The notes beneath the pieces were generated by a model. The model was not told the origin of the DNA. It made no database searches and saw only the letters and a program-made list of their open reading frames with translations. From the NCBI GenBank assembly GCA_964187785.1, contig OZ076409.1, positions 24,182,001-24,246,000 of the forward strand: 64,000 bases of DNA, in the 5' to 3' direction. The first letter of the stretch is position 1. Each line of letters starts with the position of its first letter. Source of the DNA: Amphiscolops sp. MND2022 (lineage: Eukaryota). The position numbers and the translations under genes are program-made. Shown piece by piece: positions 39,679-52,205 of the stretch.

Positions 39679-41479
39679 CAGTTTTGACATTTATGCAAAG
39701 ACTCATTGAAATTGAATTTTTTGCCATTTGTTAATCCCTCTTTTTTGTATTCTTGGTGATACTGATTGATATTGCATTGATTTTGGTGTTGACTTGGTCA
39801 TTGCATCATTTTTTTTGTTTTGCGTTGATGGTTTTTAGTGTTTTCGTATTTACTGCTAGCTGGCGCTCATTTTTAGTCCCGGAACGGGAACATTCGATTT
39901 TTGTTTAGTACATTATTTACTTGCTTGGATTGTATTATTGATCTGGAGTTTGGACAATTTTTTGCATAGATTTTAGTTACATGAACTTGTTACGTCTTGT
40001 ATGTGTTAGTGTTGTTTATCGTGATGACGCTATAGTACTGAAGTGTGTCCGAAAAAATACAATTTTGATTCCGTTTTTTTTCTTTTGTTTTAGCCTAAGA
40101 TTTTACATGTAGTACGTTGTTTCATGTATTTTACTTTACATGTTTCATTTTGTTCGTTGTTACCACTTCGTTGCAAAGTGAGTGACTGAGCCGCTCGCTC
40201 AGTTCGATGACTGGATGCCCAAGGACTGTATCCTTGGTTTGAGAGGTGACTTATTTTGCGTGTCTTTCAAGTTTCATGTCGTTTACCTTAGGAATTAAAT
40301 GCATGTTTTTGTTGTTCTTGGTGTATAACATGAGATCATTTATCTAAATCGACGTCATCATCGTGATGTGTGTCGTTAAGGTCATGAACTTTTGGAAATA
40401 TTATGTTATGGTAAATGCTATGGCGAACGGAAGGTGGACTAGGGTTTTGAGGCGTGCGTGCGTTGGAAGGCTGAGTTGAGAGTAGGGCCCCGAACTCCCT
40501 AAATTTTTTTTTACCAACGCGACGCAAAGCCTACGCATAGTTGGTCTAAGTTAAGGGGTCGGGCGTTCGTGTTTTACTTGGTTTGGTAAGTACGTTTACT
40601 TACCTTGGTTGTCATATGTTTCAATGGTTGGTTTTTAATTTGATGTTCGGTTTATTGGGAAGGTGAGTTGCCGTCGCAACCACCAGTACAAAACTAACTC
40701 TGAATCCAGTTGCTAAAGAGCAACCTTCATCTGTATGGTGACGACCAACCACACAAGCGCGCGTTTTAACGACGCACCCACACAGCCGCACTATGATTGT
40801 AGGGTTAAATGTGTGGGGCTTGGTTGTGTTGTCATAACGTTTGCGAGGCAGCAGATCGTCCCTGTTAGTTCGTTACGCGTTTTGGGAACGTTATTCTCGT
40901 TCACATTTTGCTAGATTTTTTTGTTGTAATAGTTTTTCATTCGAAGTATTTCACTTCTATTGTGGTTATTGTAATTTTGACGTGAATTGAATAAATTATC
41001 TCTCATTAATTTGCATGGTACATGTATATTCGCATCGTGCTTTTCATGACGACTGGTGTCTGCGGACGTTGCGTTTCCGTCCGTTCATTCTTAGTGGCAG
41101 TTAGTGTTCAGGGATTACGCGGCTCAAATGGTGTCGACTGAAAGTAATGGTCGTTTAATCGCTTTGATTTGTTTGTTTTGGAATTCTATTTTGGAAGTGT
41201 TGGTATTACTGGATGATGACTGGAATTGTGTGGTGTAATTCTAGAAAACTTACCTTCGCAGTTTAAATAGATATTGTTCATGACCGTTGTTGGCAGTCGT
41301 TATTGAAAGATGCGGTTTTGAATAAGCTAAAGTGGAAAATCGTTTTTTGTTGTGTGAGTTGTGTTTGGTACAAATTTTTCTTCACTGTAAATGTCAGACA
41401 ATTACCTGGAGTGTTTCGTGACTTTTAGTTGGTTTCGTTGTTTTGCAGAAGTTTTTGTAATACAGGTTTTACTTGGAGT

Positions 41480-44400
41480 TCATGGACAAGGAAGTCTCGG
41501 TAAGACTTCGGTGCGGGTTGAGCCCAGATTGTAACGGGTAGTGTTATTGCGTGACGTTACCGGTGCTTCGTCGGTGGTGTGTGGCAGCTCAATTTGGTGG
41601 ATTGCAGTTGGATCGGGTTCGGCCCGATATTCGTCGTCTAGATGAGCACTGACAACGGAGTTGTCAGTTGGTGGCACGAATGTTTGAGGAGAGTTTTCAG
41701 GGATAAGTTGTGCCAGTTGTCGGTCCTTTGACCTTTGAGCATGTTCGTAGTATATGATACCATGTTCAGTATCGAGTTCTCCAGGAGGCGGCAGTGCGGT
41801 CGTTCGTTCAAAGTGGATCGTTTGGGGTAAATGATCGTTGAAAAGATCCTGGTCGTCGAAAGCTTCAGGGTCGGCAAAGAAGAGATTTGGATCTTCTTCG
41901 ATGTCGTGTATAGGTGCGTTCGGGATGAAAGGGCGTAAACGCATCCTGTGAACGCACTGTGTGCGGGAAGTACCAACTTTTCTAACTATGTAGTTGAAGT
42001 TAGTTAAGCCCTTTACTACTTTGAAAGGGCCTTCCCATTTAAAATGGTTAAATGCAATTTTGTCGGACTGATCAGTGATTTTCGGGTTGAGAATGAACAC
42101 GAGTCGTTAACTTTTAAAGGTGATGCCTGCGCTTTAACGGTCGTAATACCTTTTGTACTTGTGGTAAGCTTGGAGTATGTTATCGTTTACTTGTTTGTAC
42201 TTCTCGTTCACTTGGTCAATCAATTTCGTTAAGTCGGTTTCTTGTGTTCGGTATTGCAGGAGGTTACTGATTTTAAGGTCTAAGGCGTTAAACGGGACTC
42301 TACCGTGGAACACTTCGCTCGGAGTACATTTAAGTGATTGATGGTAGGTCGTGTTGTGAGCCATTATTGCTAGGTTAACATACTTGTCACATTGGGGAGA
42401 GTCAGCGGCGACGTTGATTTTCAGTATCTGCTTTAGCCTTTGATGGGAACGTTCAACCATCCCTATGGTCTGTGCATGCTTTACAGTTGCGTGTTCGATG
42501 TGGATTCCGGCAGCGCTCATTAGTTCGGTCATGATGTTGGAGGTGAAGACTGAGCCTTTATCAGATATTATGTTCTTTGGGATGTAGGTATGACGGGTAA
42601 AGATTTGCATCAGAGCAGTATCTGGTTTGCGAATCGGGATAGCGAACAGATAGCGCGAGAAGTAGTCGCACGCCGTCAGGATGTGCGTATATCCATTTCA
42701 GCAGCGCAGTTCACCTCCCAAATCAATCTCGAGTATGTCTTCAGGACCGTTGCAGGGGTCATGGATTTTTTCAAGAGGTGGAGTTAGGCGTTTTGGGTTA
42801 ATGGGTTTAGCTTTTAGGCAGTCGGTACAGTTACTGACGAATTTTGGAACGTGTTCACTGAGGTTAGGTATGTAAAAACGCTTGCGCAGTTCTACCAACA
42901 TTTTGGTTGCCCCAGGCTGTCCCTGCATGGGGTCGCCATGCATCGTCCTGATTATGGGCAACGTAGTTTCTGGAGGTACTACAATTTGTTTAAATAGAAC
43001 TCTACCAGTGTTATCAAAAAATTTCCTGTACAACACCTTGTTGAGTACTTCAAGACGTCTTCTGTTTTCAACGAGTTTTTGTAAAAAGGAACTAGCTAGG
43101 TTTACGTGGTCTGGAAGAGGTTCGTTGTTAACTGAGACCGAATCATTTTTTGAACGTCTTGGTTACTTAGTTGTTCGTGGACTATTTGTGAATCCCCTTG
43201 CGGGCATACCTGGTTTACCGTGTTGGGTTGCGGTCTTCTGGTAAACTTCGTCAGCATGATGGAGGGAGCTTCGCCTGCTAGGACTGACGCGAGGTGACGA
43301 CTGATGATCTGGATCATCCTGGTACGGTCGTCGTCATGCTGGTGTTGGGTGTTCGCGAGGGAATGCAGTAGGGATTGCATTTGATTGAAAGCATCTTGGG
43401 TGTTGATTGCGTCAAGTTGGTTCTGCTCCAGGGATCAGGTGTTGTAGGGTTTTGCAGTTGCTCGGGGTCGTAGTCTTCTTCATTGTCGTCTTGCTTCGGC
43501 GTTTTTGCTGCTAGGTCGATCTCGATCTAGTGGACAGGAATTTGGTCATTCAGTTTCAGGTGAATCCGGTCTTCGGGGTTAATGTCGAGCCTGGACAGGT
43601 AGTCAGCAGCTGGGTTTCCAACTCCTGGTACGTGGGCTAGCACAACGTCGAATTGCAGGGCTTGGTCGCAATGATTCCACAGTTTTGGTGGGATCCGCTT
43701 TGATTGGAAAAAACGCGTTAGCGCTTTGTTGTCTGTCATCACAATGGTGGGTTTCTTGACTCCCCACAGGATGTGGGCGAATTCGTCGAAGAAGGCGAAA
43801 TGCATGGCTAAAAAATTTTTTCGCAAACATAGTCAGTGACATTTGGCCTTCAGTAAATCGTTGGGAACCAAAAGCAACGGGTGCATACGTCTTCTTCTTG
43901 CCGTCGTTACTTTCGGTGTAGTCTTCAATGAGCAGCACGTACCCTGCCGCGTGTTCGCTGGCATCACACATGATGACAAGTTGTTTGTCAGGCAGTGGCA
44001 ATCTGAGTGACAGTTTCGCAGCTCGTGCTAGATTTTCATTGATGTCGAAAATCGCATCCTTGTGTACCTGCGTCAGTACAAACTTGACATCTTTTTGCAG
44101 TAGTTTGTACAGTGGGACGAGCTTTTCAGCCAATTTCGGAATATATTGTCTGTAGAACTGGACAAATCCGATGTATCGTTGGAGTGATTTGACTGATATT
44201 GGCAGTTTCAGTTTTTTGAGGAAGTTGTCAATGCGACCTTCAAGGGGTGCGATGTCTTTTGTGGTTATGCTTCGACCCAGGAATTCGATCTTCGGATGTC
44301 CGAAGGCGCACTTTGACATCGAGAGCGGCAAGCCTGCTTTCTGTATCTGCTGGAAGACTGCTTCGATGTTGGCAACCAATACGTCCACGTTGCTTGCAGC

Positions 44401-46330
44401 TACTCCAATGTCGTCAACGTATTGTGCACATTTGTCTGTTTTTGCTAGTGCATCAAGGTACTCTCGGATTGTGCTGTTGAATGCAGACAGTGATCTGTTC
44501 AATCATCGAGCAAGACAAAGGTATGCAAAGGTTCTGCTGCCAAGGTAAAAGCAAGAAGTTGGAATGATTGTTCATCGGCCATCTGAAGGCAGTGGTAAGC
44601 TTGTGAACAATCAAGCTTGCAGAAGTACTTCTCGCCAGCCATGTGTTGAGCCGCATCTGCTATTGTTGTGACCGGGTGATTGTGTTGGTTGTAGTTGTTC
44701 TTGAGAAGGTGGTTGATGCGTCTCAAGTCGACTAATATTTGAAGTTTTCCATTCGGCTTCCGTTGTGCAAATATCGGGGAAGAATATTTGCTGTACGGAA
44801 GTGTGGTGACGATTCCGTATTCTTGCATCAGTGTCAATTCGACCAGGAGATCATCCTTCAGGTTGGTCGGCGTCGGTAGGCTCTGTGCGTACACTGGGTC
44901 GTCGTGTTTGGGCGTAAGCTTGATTTTGAAATCAGTGTTGATGCCTATGTGGAAGCGGTGGCGTGCGAAAATCATGTGGTATTTGACCAGTAGTGCTTCG
45001 ATCCTCTGTTGCTCTTGCTCGGTGAGGATTGAGTCATTCCAGCTGAAGTTCTTCAGGAACGTCTGTCGTTGGTCGTCGTCACATGCGGGATCAAGCTTCT
45101 CGGCTTCTCGGAGTTGAATGACTTCATCATATATTCTGCGCTCAATTTTATTGAGATTGTCGGGGTCGTCGCATGTTTTGGGGGTTGGGTACCATCGCTT
45201 GTCCTTGGTTGCACTGGGCTCCTGGAACAACTGATTGATCACAATGTCTGCTTCATCTGAAAATTTGGAAACGAGGGTCAGTTGTTCGTTTGTCATTGGT
45301 TGGACGTTCTTCGCTTGGTTTGGGGTCAAGATGCGGAAGACTGCGACTGTTGTGTGTTGTGGAATCGTTATTGCGTGGTCTAAATGGTTGGTGATTTGGA
45401 CTTGGCTCTGCTGCTTCTTTATTTCGGACATCGATGGAGACACCAGTAGTTCCGTCCTACGTTCGAATGCCGGGAACGCTTCCACTGTGCCTGTTACATT
45501 GCCAATGTCTTTTTCGGCAATGACTGGAACAAATACTTGTTGTCGGGGTGAGATTGTCGTCTTCTGTGTTGCCCTGAGCTCCAACATTTGTAATTTGAAT
45601 TTCCCGTTGTGTGGCTTCAGTTGGAGGGTGATCTCTGGGAAACTGACAATGTTGTTTGCGAGGTGCAGGGTCATAGAGTATTTCTTGAAGAAGGACATTC
45701 CGATCAATATATTTCCCATTGTTGGTAATATCATGAATGTCTCTTCGAACATGTTTCCTCCAATAAAAAATCGAAGGAGGACTTGCTTCCGAACTGGGAC
45801 GATACTTCCATTGGCGATTTGGACTTTGAAGTTCGGGGCTGGGTATTCTTCAAGTTGGGCGGCCGGGTGAGCTTGCAGTATCCGGCGTAGTTTGTTTTCA
45901 GACATTGCACTCTGGATTCCTCCGGTGTCCAGCAGTCCTTGGTTTTCATATGCTCTGAATTGTGGAGGTACATAGAGCATTTTGTTTCGTTTATACAGCT
46001 GTAGTGTTGCACTGAGGGGTCTGACAGTTGTTGGTTTAGGGTGGTCAGTCGATTTCGGCTGGGGTGGGTGTCTCTGAGTTCTCGCCTTAGTCTGGGTGGG
46101 TTGTCGAGTCCTTTGCAGTACAGTCCTTGATTGTACACGTGGGGTCATTGCCAACTAATGGGAGTATGTGGTAGTTGTTGGAGGATATCTTGTGTACATA
46201 GTATTTCATAGAGTGTGGGGTCCGGTTGTCAGAATGCTGCCGACATTCCGACGTCTGAGACTTCGAGTCGTAGTGGTGGTTAGTTTGTGGTTGTTTGCGC
46301 GCACTGGCAGTCTGGTTGTGTTGGGGATGA
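41480..46330 (-). pseudogene. pol: pol of element 2 (PR-RT-RH-IN), fragmented
   Basis: Protease LLDTGG. RT SSPIFAQRKPNGKL..VDLRRIN, KLDCSQAY, QYVDD. RNase H CDASEHAAGYVL. Integrase HGDPMQGQPG..CTDC, ISDKGSVF, VERSH. GPF motif KWEGPFKV. Confidence 0.95.
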
Positions 46331-46337
46331 CGTGGCT

Positions 46338-47891
46338 TTACAAGCTTTTTGAATTCTCGTTGAATTCTTCCCTGTAGTCTTCGTCATACCAGTCGTTGTG
46401 TCCTTCGATTTGGGTGGTCTCGCTTGTTACTTGTGATACTTGGTATTGTGGTTGTCGTGCATTTTGGGATTGTCTGAAGTCTCGTCGGAACTCACGGTTC
46501 TCCGTTGTAGACTGTTTCTGGTAAGGTACATTCTGGTACGCAGAGGCGCCTGGGACTCGATTTCTGCAGTCTCGTGCAGAGTGGCCGACTTTGCCACTGA
46601 TTTGGCACACTAGCTTTGAGTTGTATCGAGGTTTGTCGATCTGGGGCTGCTGGTGGTTGTTGTCTTGTTGAGGGCGTTGTTAGGTTTTTGTGTTGATTCC
46701 GTTAGCTTCGTCTCTGAGACGCTTTCGGCAGTCAATACATTTGTGACCGACAATGTTTTAGTATTTACAGTTCCCTTCGAAATTTCGTTTGACTTCTTTG
46801 TTTGCGTTTGGTTTCCCCGTGTTACTGGTAGTAGCTGTTTGTTGGTTGGTTTGCTGTTTTACGGGGTAATTCTGGAGGTTGTTTAGCGGTTGCATCCTGA
46901 AGTGCTAGGTAGCAGTTGTGCGTATTGGACAAAAAACGTCTTTGGACAAAAGTCTTGATCTCTTCGCTGGTTGCATCATGTTTCCCTGCTATTGCCAACT
47001 CATTTTGTATTTGGATGGGCAATTTGGCAAACAGGAAAGTTTCGGCTATGTCGTTGGCTTTTTTGCCTTACGCCTGTTTTGCCAGTTTTTTGAATTCCGT
47101 GAGGAAGTCGGCAAATGACTCCGTTGTTGGGTCGTACCTCATTTGATCGAATTTGTACTTCGATACATCCTTTAGGTATTCTTTGGCAGATTCCTTGCTG
47201 AACGCCTGGAGATTTTCGGTGGGTGTCATTTCAGTTGTGATTTTCAGGGTTTGCCAAAAGTCGATGGCGTCATCACTGAGGAGGCTTTGGAAGAAGTTCA
47301 ATTTTTGCTCTTCCGTCAGTTTGTGCATGTGGGCCGGAGGTGGTTTTTGAGTAAATGTTCAAATTCAATCTACTTCTCGCGGTTCCCACGGAATAGAGGG
47401 ACCTGTGTTTGGAGGATTTCGGGATGGATCACTCCATCGGTCATTGTTGTTCTGAGGTGCTGTAATTCGGACATGACGTCTCCCATTTGTGGATCATGTC
47501 GTGAATGTGGAGTCCTTCTTAGTGGTTGAGCGTTGGGTGTAGGTGGTGGGTTTGCCGAGACTCCTGTCACCATGTCAGAACGTGTGGACGTCACTGAATT
47601 TAGTACGTCTCTGCCGTTCTCTTCCCTACTGTTGGGTACTTTATCAGTAAGGGCTCTCACAAAACTTGTAAGTTCTCCAATTTGACGGTTCGTTTCTAGG
47701 AAACGTTGCTAAACCCTGTGTTTCTCATGATCCTTTTCCATGGATCTCACATCACTTTCAATATCATTGTCGAAATTATTTTCAGTGTAATGATCCGCTA
47801 CACTCATCTTGTCATCTTCGTCAGAGTATCTATCTACTCCAGATTGTTCGATTCTGTTTTCCCTGTTAAATCTCAATCGGGTATTTACCAT
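46338..47891 (-). pseudogene. gag: gag of element 2, fragmented; starts inside the 5' LTR
   Basis: ORF fragments MVNTR.. (47891), ..SDMVTGV..QVPLFRGNREK, EEQKLNFFQSLL..AIDFW, and knuckle CQISGKVGHSARDC. Ends ...AAAAAGCTTGTAA. Confidence 0.85.
47560..47572 (-). promoter_or_regulatory. Primer-binding site of element 2
   Basis: Minus-strand TGGTGACAGGAGT immediately after LTR end TGACA. Identical to the PBS of element 3. tRNA-Leu-like (inferred). Confidence 0.85.
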
Positions 47892-48931
47892 TGTTGAAAA
47901 GGTTGAATATTGAAAATGGCTTGAATTTAAAAGGGTAGTTAATGAATTGAATTTCGCAAAGTGTTCTTCACAGTACGTCTGTATTTCAAGGTAACAATAT
48001 TCTTCTGACTAGATTTTCAAATTGTAATAGCACCTTCAAACTCTTAATTACTTGTTAATTGCACTTGATCGTTTTGCGTCTCTTTCACTCGACTATTTTT
48101 GGTCAACCTGCTGTTTTCACTTCATGGTACATTACACGACTGGTCACTCCAGTCGTCGCTAATTGCCAGTATAGTTTTCTCGCTTCTTTGCCGCACCAGC
48201 ATATACCGTTGATCGTACAACATCACAGCACGTACTAATGATTGATCTGTTGGGCCTAATTACTGTACTTGATTACTGGTAGTATTAGCAATTTTAATGC
48301 ACTAAGCACGATTGACGACTAGTATCCGAAGTCGTTGTTGATAATTTTTACTGAAGATTAACTGAAATGACTGTATATGAACCAAATGATGCTCTAGTAA
48401 TTTGATTATCGATGACATGGGTATCAAGAACTGCATTTATATATCAGTTAAAATACGACTAGAAGGCCAGTCGTTTACATAAATGGATAATGTACGTACT
48501 ATCACTGATTTGGATAAGAAGAATTACATGTATACATTGGCTAAAATACGACTAGATATGCCAGTCGTTTACATGAATGAATAATGTATTGCACTAAAGG
48601 GTTGTTAAGGTCAACTGCACGTTTTAGTCGTTACTGTGAACCAGGTGAAGAGAAACATTTTTCGTATGTTACCAAGTATGACATCAAAAATGCATTGGGG
48701 ATTTCTGTTTTAGCTGTTTTGGTTTGTGGTTGAGACGACTAGTATTATCAGTCGCTGTTTAGCACAATTTTGTAATTCGTAGCACAAGTGAAATTGGAGT
48801 GGCGGCTGAATGGTATAGTCGTCCATTATATGAGTTTACATGTATTTTAAATTGTTCATAGTTGAAATGTTTGGGTAATTGGTGGTGACTTCATCTCTCA
48901 GTTGTTGTACTTCATACCAACCGGTATGACA
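47573..48931 (-). repeat. 5' LTR of element 2 (1359 bp)
   Basis: Direct repeat of 32976-34351 with scattered substitutions and an ~18-bp indel near one end. Confidence 0.95.
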
Positions 48932-49760
48932 GTGTATCTCTGTCAATCAATTAAACTTTTGACGACCAACGTGTTTTGTTTCTCAAAAATGGCAGTATTT
49001 GAGATTTTTTGCGTAACGCTGCGTTTTTTTAAGGTTCGCTTTTTCAGCATTATGGCCTGTACTTTCTCCATAATAATTTCGTGATTAGGTAAAAACTTGT
49101 TGACGGCAAGATTCATTCAGTGACTAGCACATCCATTTATTGGAACCTTTAGCAGTTTTGAAATGACAATATTAGGGTTCTCGTTTTCTGCAACGTGAGC
49201 AATATTGGAAGTAATGGTGATTTTTCGAAAATATAAATTACGGAAACATGTCATTCATAGTGGCTTCTTGCTGAAGAATGTTCTCCATCCTGCAGAGGAA
49301 CAATTGCCATTAAAGGAGTCAGATTCATTGATTTGTTGGTCGAAGAAAATAGCAAGATACCCAACGATATGCGTGGAATTTAAACTCCAGCATTCTGATA
49401 TGATGATATATTTTCAGGCAGAATTTTAGCATTTTTTGTTCAACATGGTGAACTATTTTGCCAATATACGTTGTCAAACAGACATTGGTGCAAGATTTAT
49501 GTACTTTTGGACATATTCCTTTTCTTATAAAGAATAAGGGCAGTGGTCCTTGACTAGAAAATCCATCCTCGAATGAATATTATTGCCTTTTTTGTTCGTC
49601 TTTCCAAATGATAGAGTGGTTTGTTTCTTCTTCTGCGAAACGTTTTGCGAAAGGCACTCAGGATGATGACGGTAATGTGTAATGTCACTGATCATGTTTG
49701 TATAACCTTATTCTTCTCCACCATGGCATGTATATCCACCATGAGTAAATGGTGGAGTGT
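48932..49760 (-). pseudogene. hAT transposase, N-terminal/central half
   Basis: Minus-strand translation across stops and frameshifts: GYTNMISD..HHPE (BED remnant), ISECWSLNSTH (DGWS position), LLKVPINGCASH*MNLAVNKF (CxxH motif), LRNKTRWSS. Possible TAGG terminus at 49887. Confidence 0.85.
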
Positions 49761-49942
49761 TCAATTCGTCGAACACGTATTCATTTAGCGTGCATTGTAT
49801 GACGTAATGGAACGAATTGATTTCGACTAATCAAATTCGAGCATTCAAAATTACGATAACGTAGTCAGATACGTTCACATACTCCTAGTGCCCTAAATGC
49901 AGGAGCGAAGCGAAGCGGAGCGACGTGCCATATGGCCATACC

Positions 49943-50188
49943 TCAATATTGGTACTTGGCGAAGGGAGCGAAGCGACCGAGCCATACAACAAATATGCTA
50001 ATCCCCACAAAATATAACCAAAGGAAATTATTCGCTGGTATGGAATTCTTTCGACGCATTGAATATATTCAATGCGTCGAAAGAATTCCATATCAGCGAT
50101 TAATTTCATTTGGTTATATTTTGTGGCGATTAGCATATTTGTTGTATGGCTCGGTCGCTTCGCTCCCTTCGCCAAGTATTAATATTGA
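49943..50188. repeat. 246-bp spacerless near-perfect palindrome (fold-back)
   Basis: Arms mirror about 50065/50066 (…GCATTGAATA|TATTCAATGC…). The ORFs on the two strands here are near-identical. Confidence 0.95.
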
Positions 50189-50599
50189 AGTTTTAGCTTT
50201 TCATTTGAAGCTATAGCTTTTCATTTTTCGACGATTTGAATGTTCGACGAATTTAAGTTGCACCGAGTAAATGACGTTTTAGGAACTTCTGCATTCATCG
50301 TAACAGACATTACAATAACTCTAACCTGACAGTAATTCAAGCATAAACGACTGTGAACGCTTCAAAACAAGTAGACAACCAAAGTTTATTATTTGGATTT
50401 GGTTGCTTTCTAATTCTGTTCGCGCCAAAATTATCTTAAATTATTTCAAGTACGTGAAACAAATTACCTCCCAGAATTCTATGTGAGAATAAAATGAATT
50501 TTATTTTCGTGATGAAAACACATAATTTATTTCCATTAAAAAATATTTTTTTCGAAATCGCTGGTCCGGACACCTTTCATAAGCCCTCAAGTGAATCCT

Positions 50600-51400
50600 C
50601 AAAATCAAAATGTTCGGAATTCACACTTGTTTGACGTACTTCAATTGTATTAGGAAGTCGCGACAGTCGGGAATGAAGAAACCTCAGACAGCTGTATAGC
50701 CTGTGGAAAATATCTTGAAGCTCTTGCATATTCTTTCTTATTCCCGTTGGGAGCGGGACAAAATATTGGAATCTGATATCAATTTCGCCATGTTTTCGCA
50801 TGTAGTTCAGTAACCAAACAAAAATCTCTTTAAATACGAATTCTAGACGATTTTGTTTTTCTGAGCAATATTCTTTGCAACCTATCTGTTTTTGATTGAA
50901 TTCATATTTCCCTTTAATGTGAAAAGATTCTATTGTTTTCTATTATGCTCTCTGGGTGTAATTGGAAAGTTATTCTACATGCTTTCATGCTTTCGAATGC
51001 GACCGGCATAACTTGGTAGTCCACGGTGAACGGCTGAGAAGAAATTCCAGTTCTTCCAAAAAACTCAAAGTGTACCTTTTGTCTCATCCACCTTCGCAAA
51101 CAGGAAACAATGTAGCATGAACACCTGCTTCCAGTCTACCTTTCCACGCCCTACCACGCACGCTAACCACTAGGCCAAGTGGAAAATACTTTTGACTTTC
51201 CATCCAAACATGTTTCTAGTAGTTTCAGACAGGAACTGTTGGAAAAAACTGTACGACGTTACCGACCAAACACTGGGACTGGTCCTCCTTCTTTGAAGAG
51301 CCATAATTCACGAGGGGGTGTTTATTTTGACAAACCTTCGGGGTCAACTAATTATGTACCCATATCATTTCTGGCGATCGATAAAATTGTGATTCGACGT
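50600..51400 (-). pseudogene. Possible relic of a second (ZMYM1/Tip100-like) hAT transposase N-terminus
   Basis: Fragmentary minus-strand translations (WLFKEGGPVP, VFMLHCFLFAK, RIRKHES, MRKHGE) resemble a TTF-type Zn-finger region. Heavily decayed. Confidence 0.3.
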
Positions 51401-52205
51401 CAAAATTCATAATTTCGCCACCACTTCACAAATTTTAAAAATATAGTTCAAAGGGACTGTGATTAACTTTGTAAGGAGGCTCTGCAGTTGGCAATGTTTG
51501 ATTCAACCGAATAAACATGGCCTTCGAGTGAGGAAAACTTGTAAACGCATTTCCCTGACACACGTGTGAAATCCTATCGCAGAGTATTGGTGGCAAATCT
51601 GTCCCTATGGGAAAAGATTGCAAATTAGCCCACCGATGCGATCGAAAGAAGTCTGAGTGCTGGTGCTATAATGATCTTAAAACGCGAAGGCGTTAAATGC
51701 ACAAGACACCCACAGATGGCCGGCATAAATTTTATCTGGAATTATTTTAAGACCCAAGCATAATCGACAAACGCATGCCAAATAAAAATTTCAAACCTAG
51801 AAAGTAGCTCAAACATCTAAAAAACGTATGAAACCATTCGAAAGTGAAAACTTTTAACATTTTCAGTTCTTTCGGGTCACTTTTTGCTGCTGTAGATTGC
51901 ATCCAGCCTCAGATGAGTTGCTCACGAAAGGATTGTCTCAAAGCAATGTCGGACAATCTTTGAAACTTTTATTTCGACTGCATGCTGCTGAGTATTTGTT
52001 TGTCCAGTAATGACAATCTTGAACTTTAGACGTGGCAAAACACAGCTTTAAATCTGTATTTTTCATAGTGGAGAAATTATCGAATGTTGAAATAACCTGA
52101 AACCTGCGCTTATGTACGAAAGGTACTTGAGTCAATACTTTTGTGTTGACTTTGAATACTACTGAATGACCAATTTGAGCATGGCAGTGATGCTGCGAGC
52201 TACTT

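Larger units (their letters stand above)
32976..48931 (-). mobile_element. Ty3/Gypsy LTR retrotransposon 2, full length (~16 kb), with antisense accessory gene
   Basis: LTRs at 32976-34351 and 47573-48931 with TGTCA...TGACA ends. 5-bp TSD GTGTA at 32971-32975 and 48932-48936. PBS, gag and pol on the minus strand. Confidence 0.96.

Noticed and set aside
49885..50216. Pair of near-identical ORFs on opposite strands
   Set aside because: A direct consequence of the palindrome; no coding evidence.
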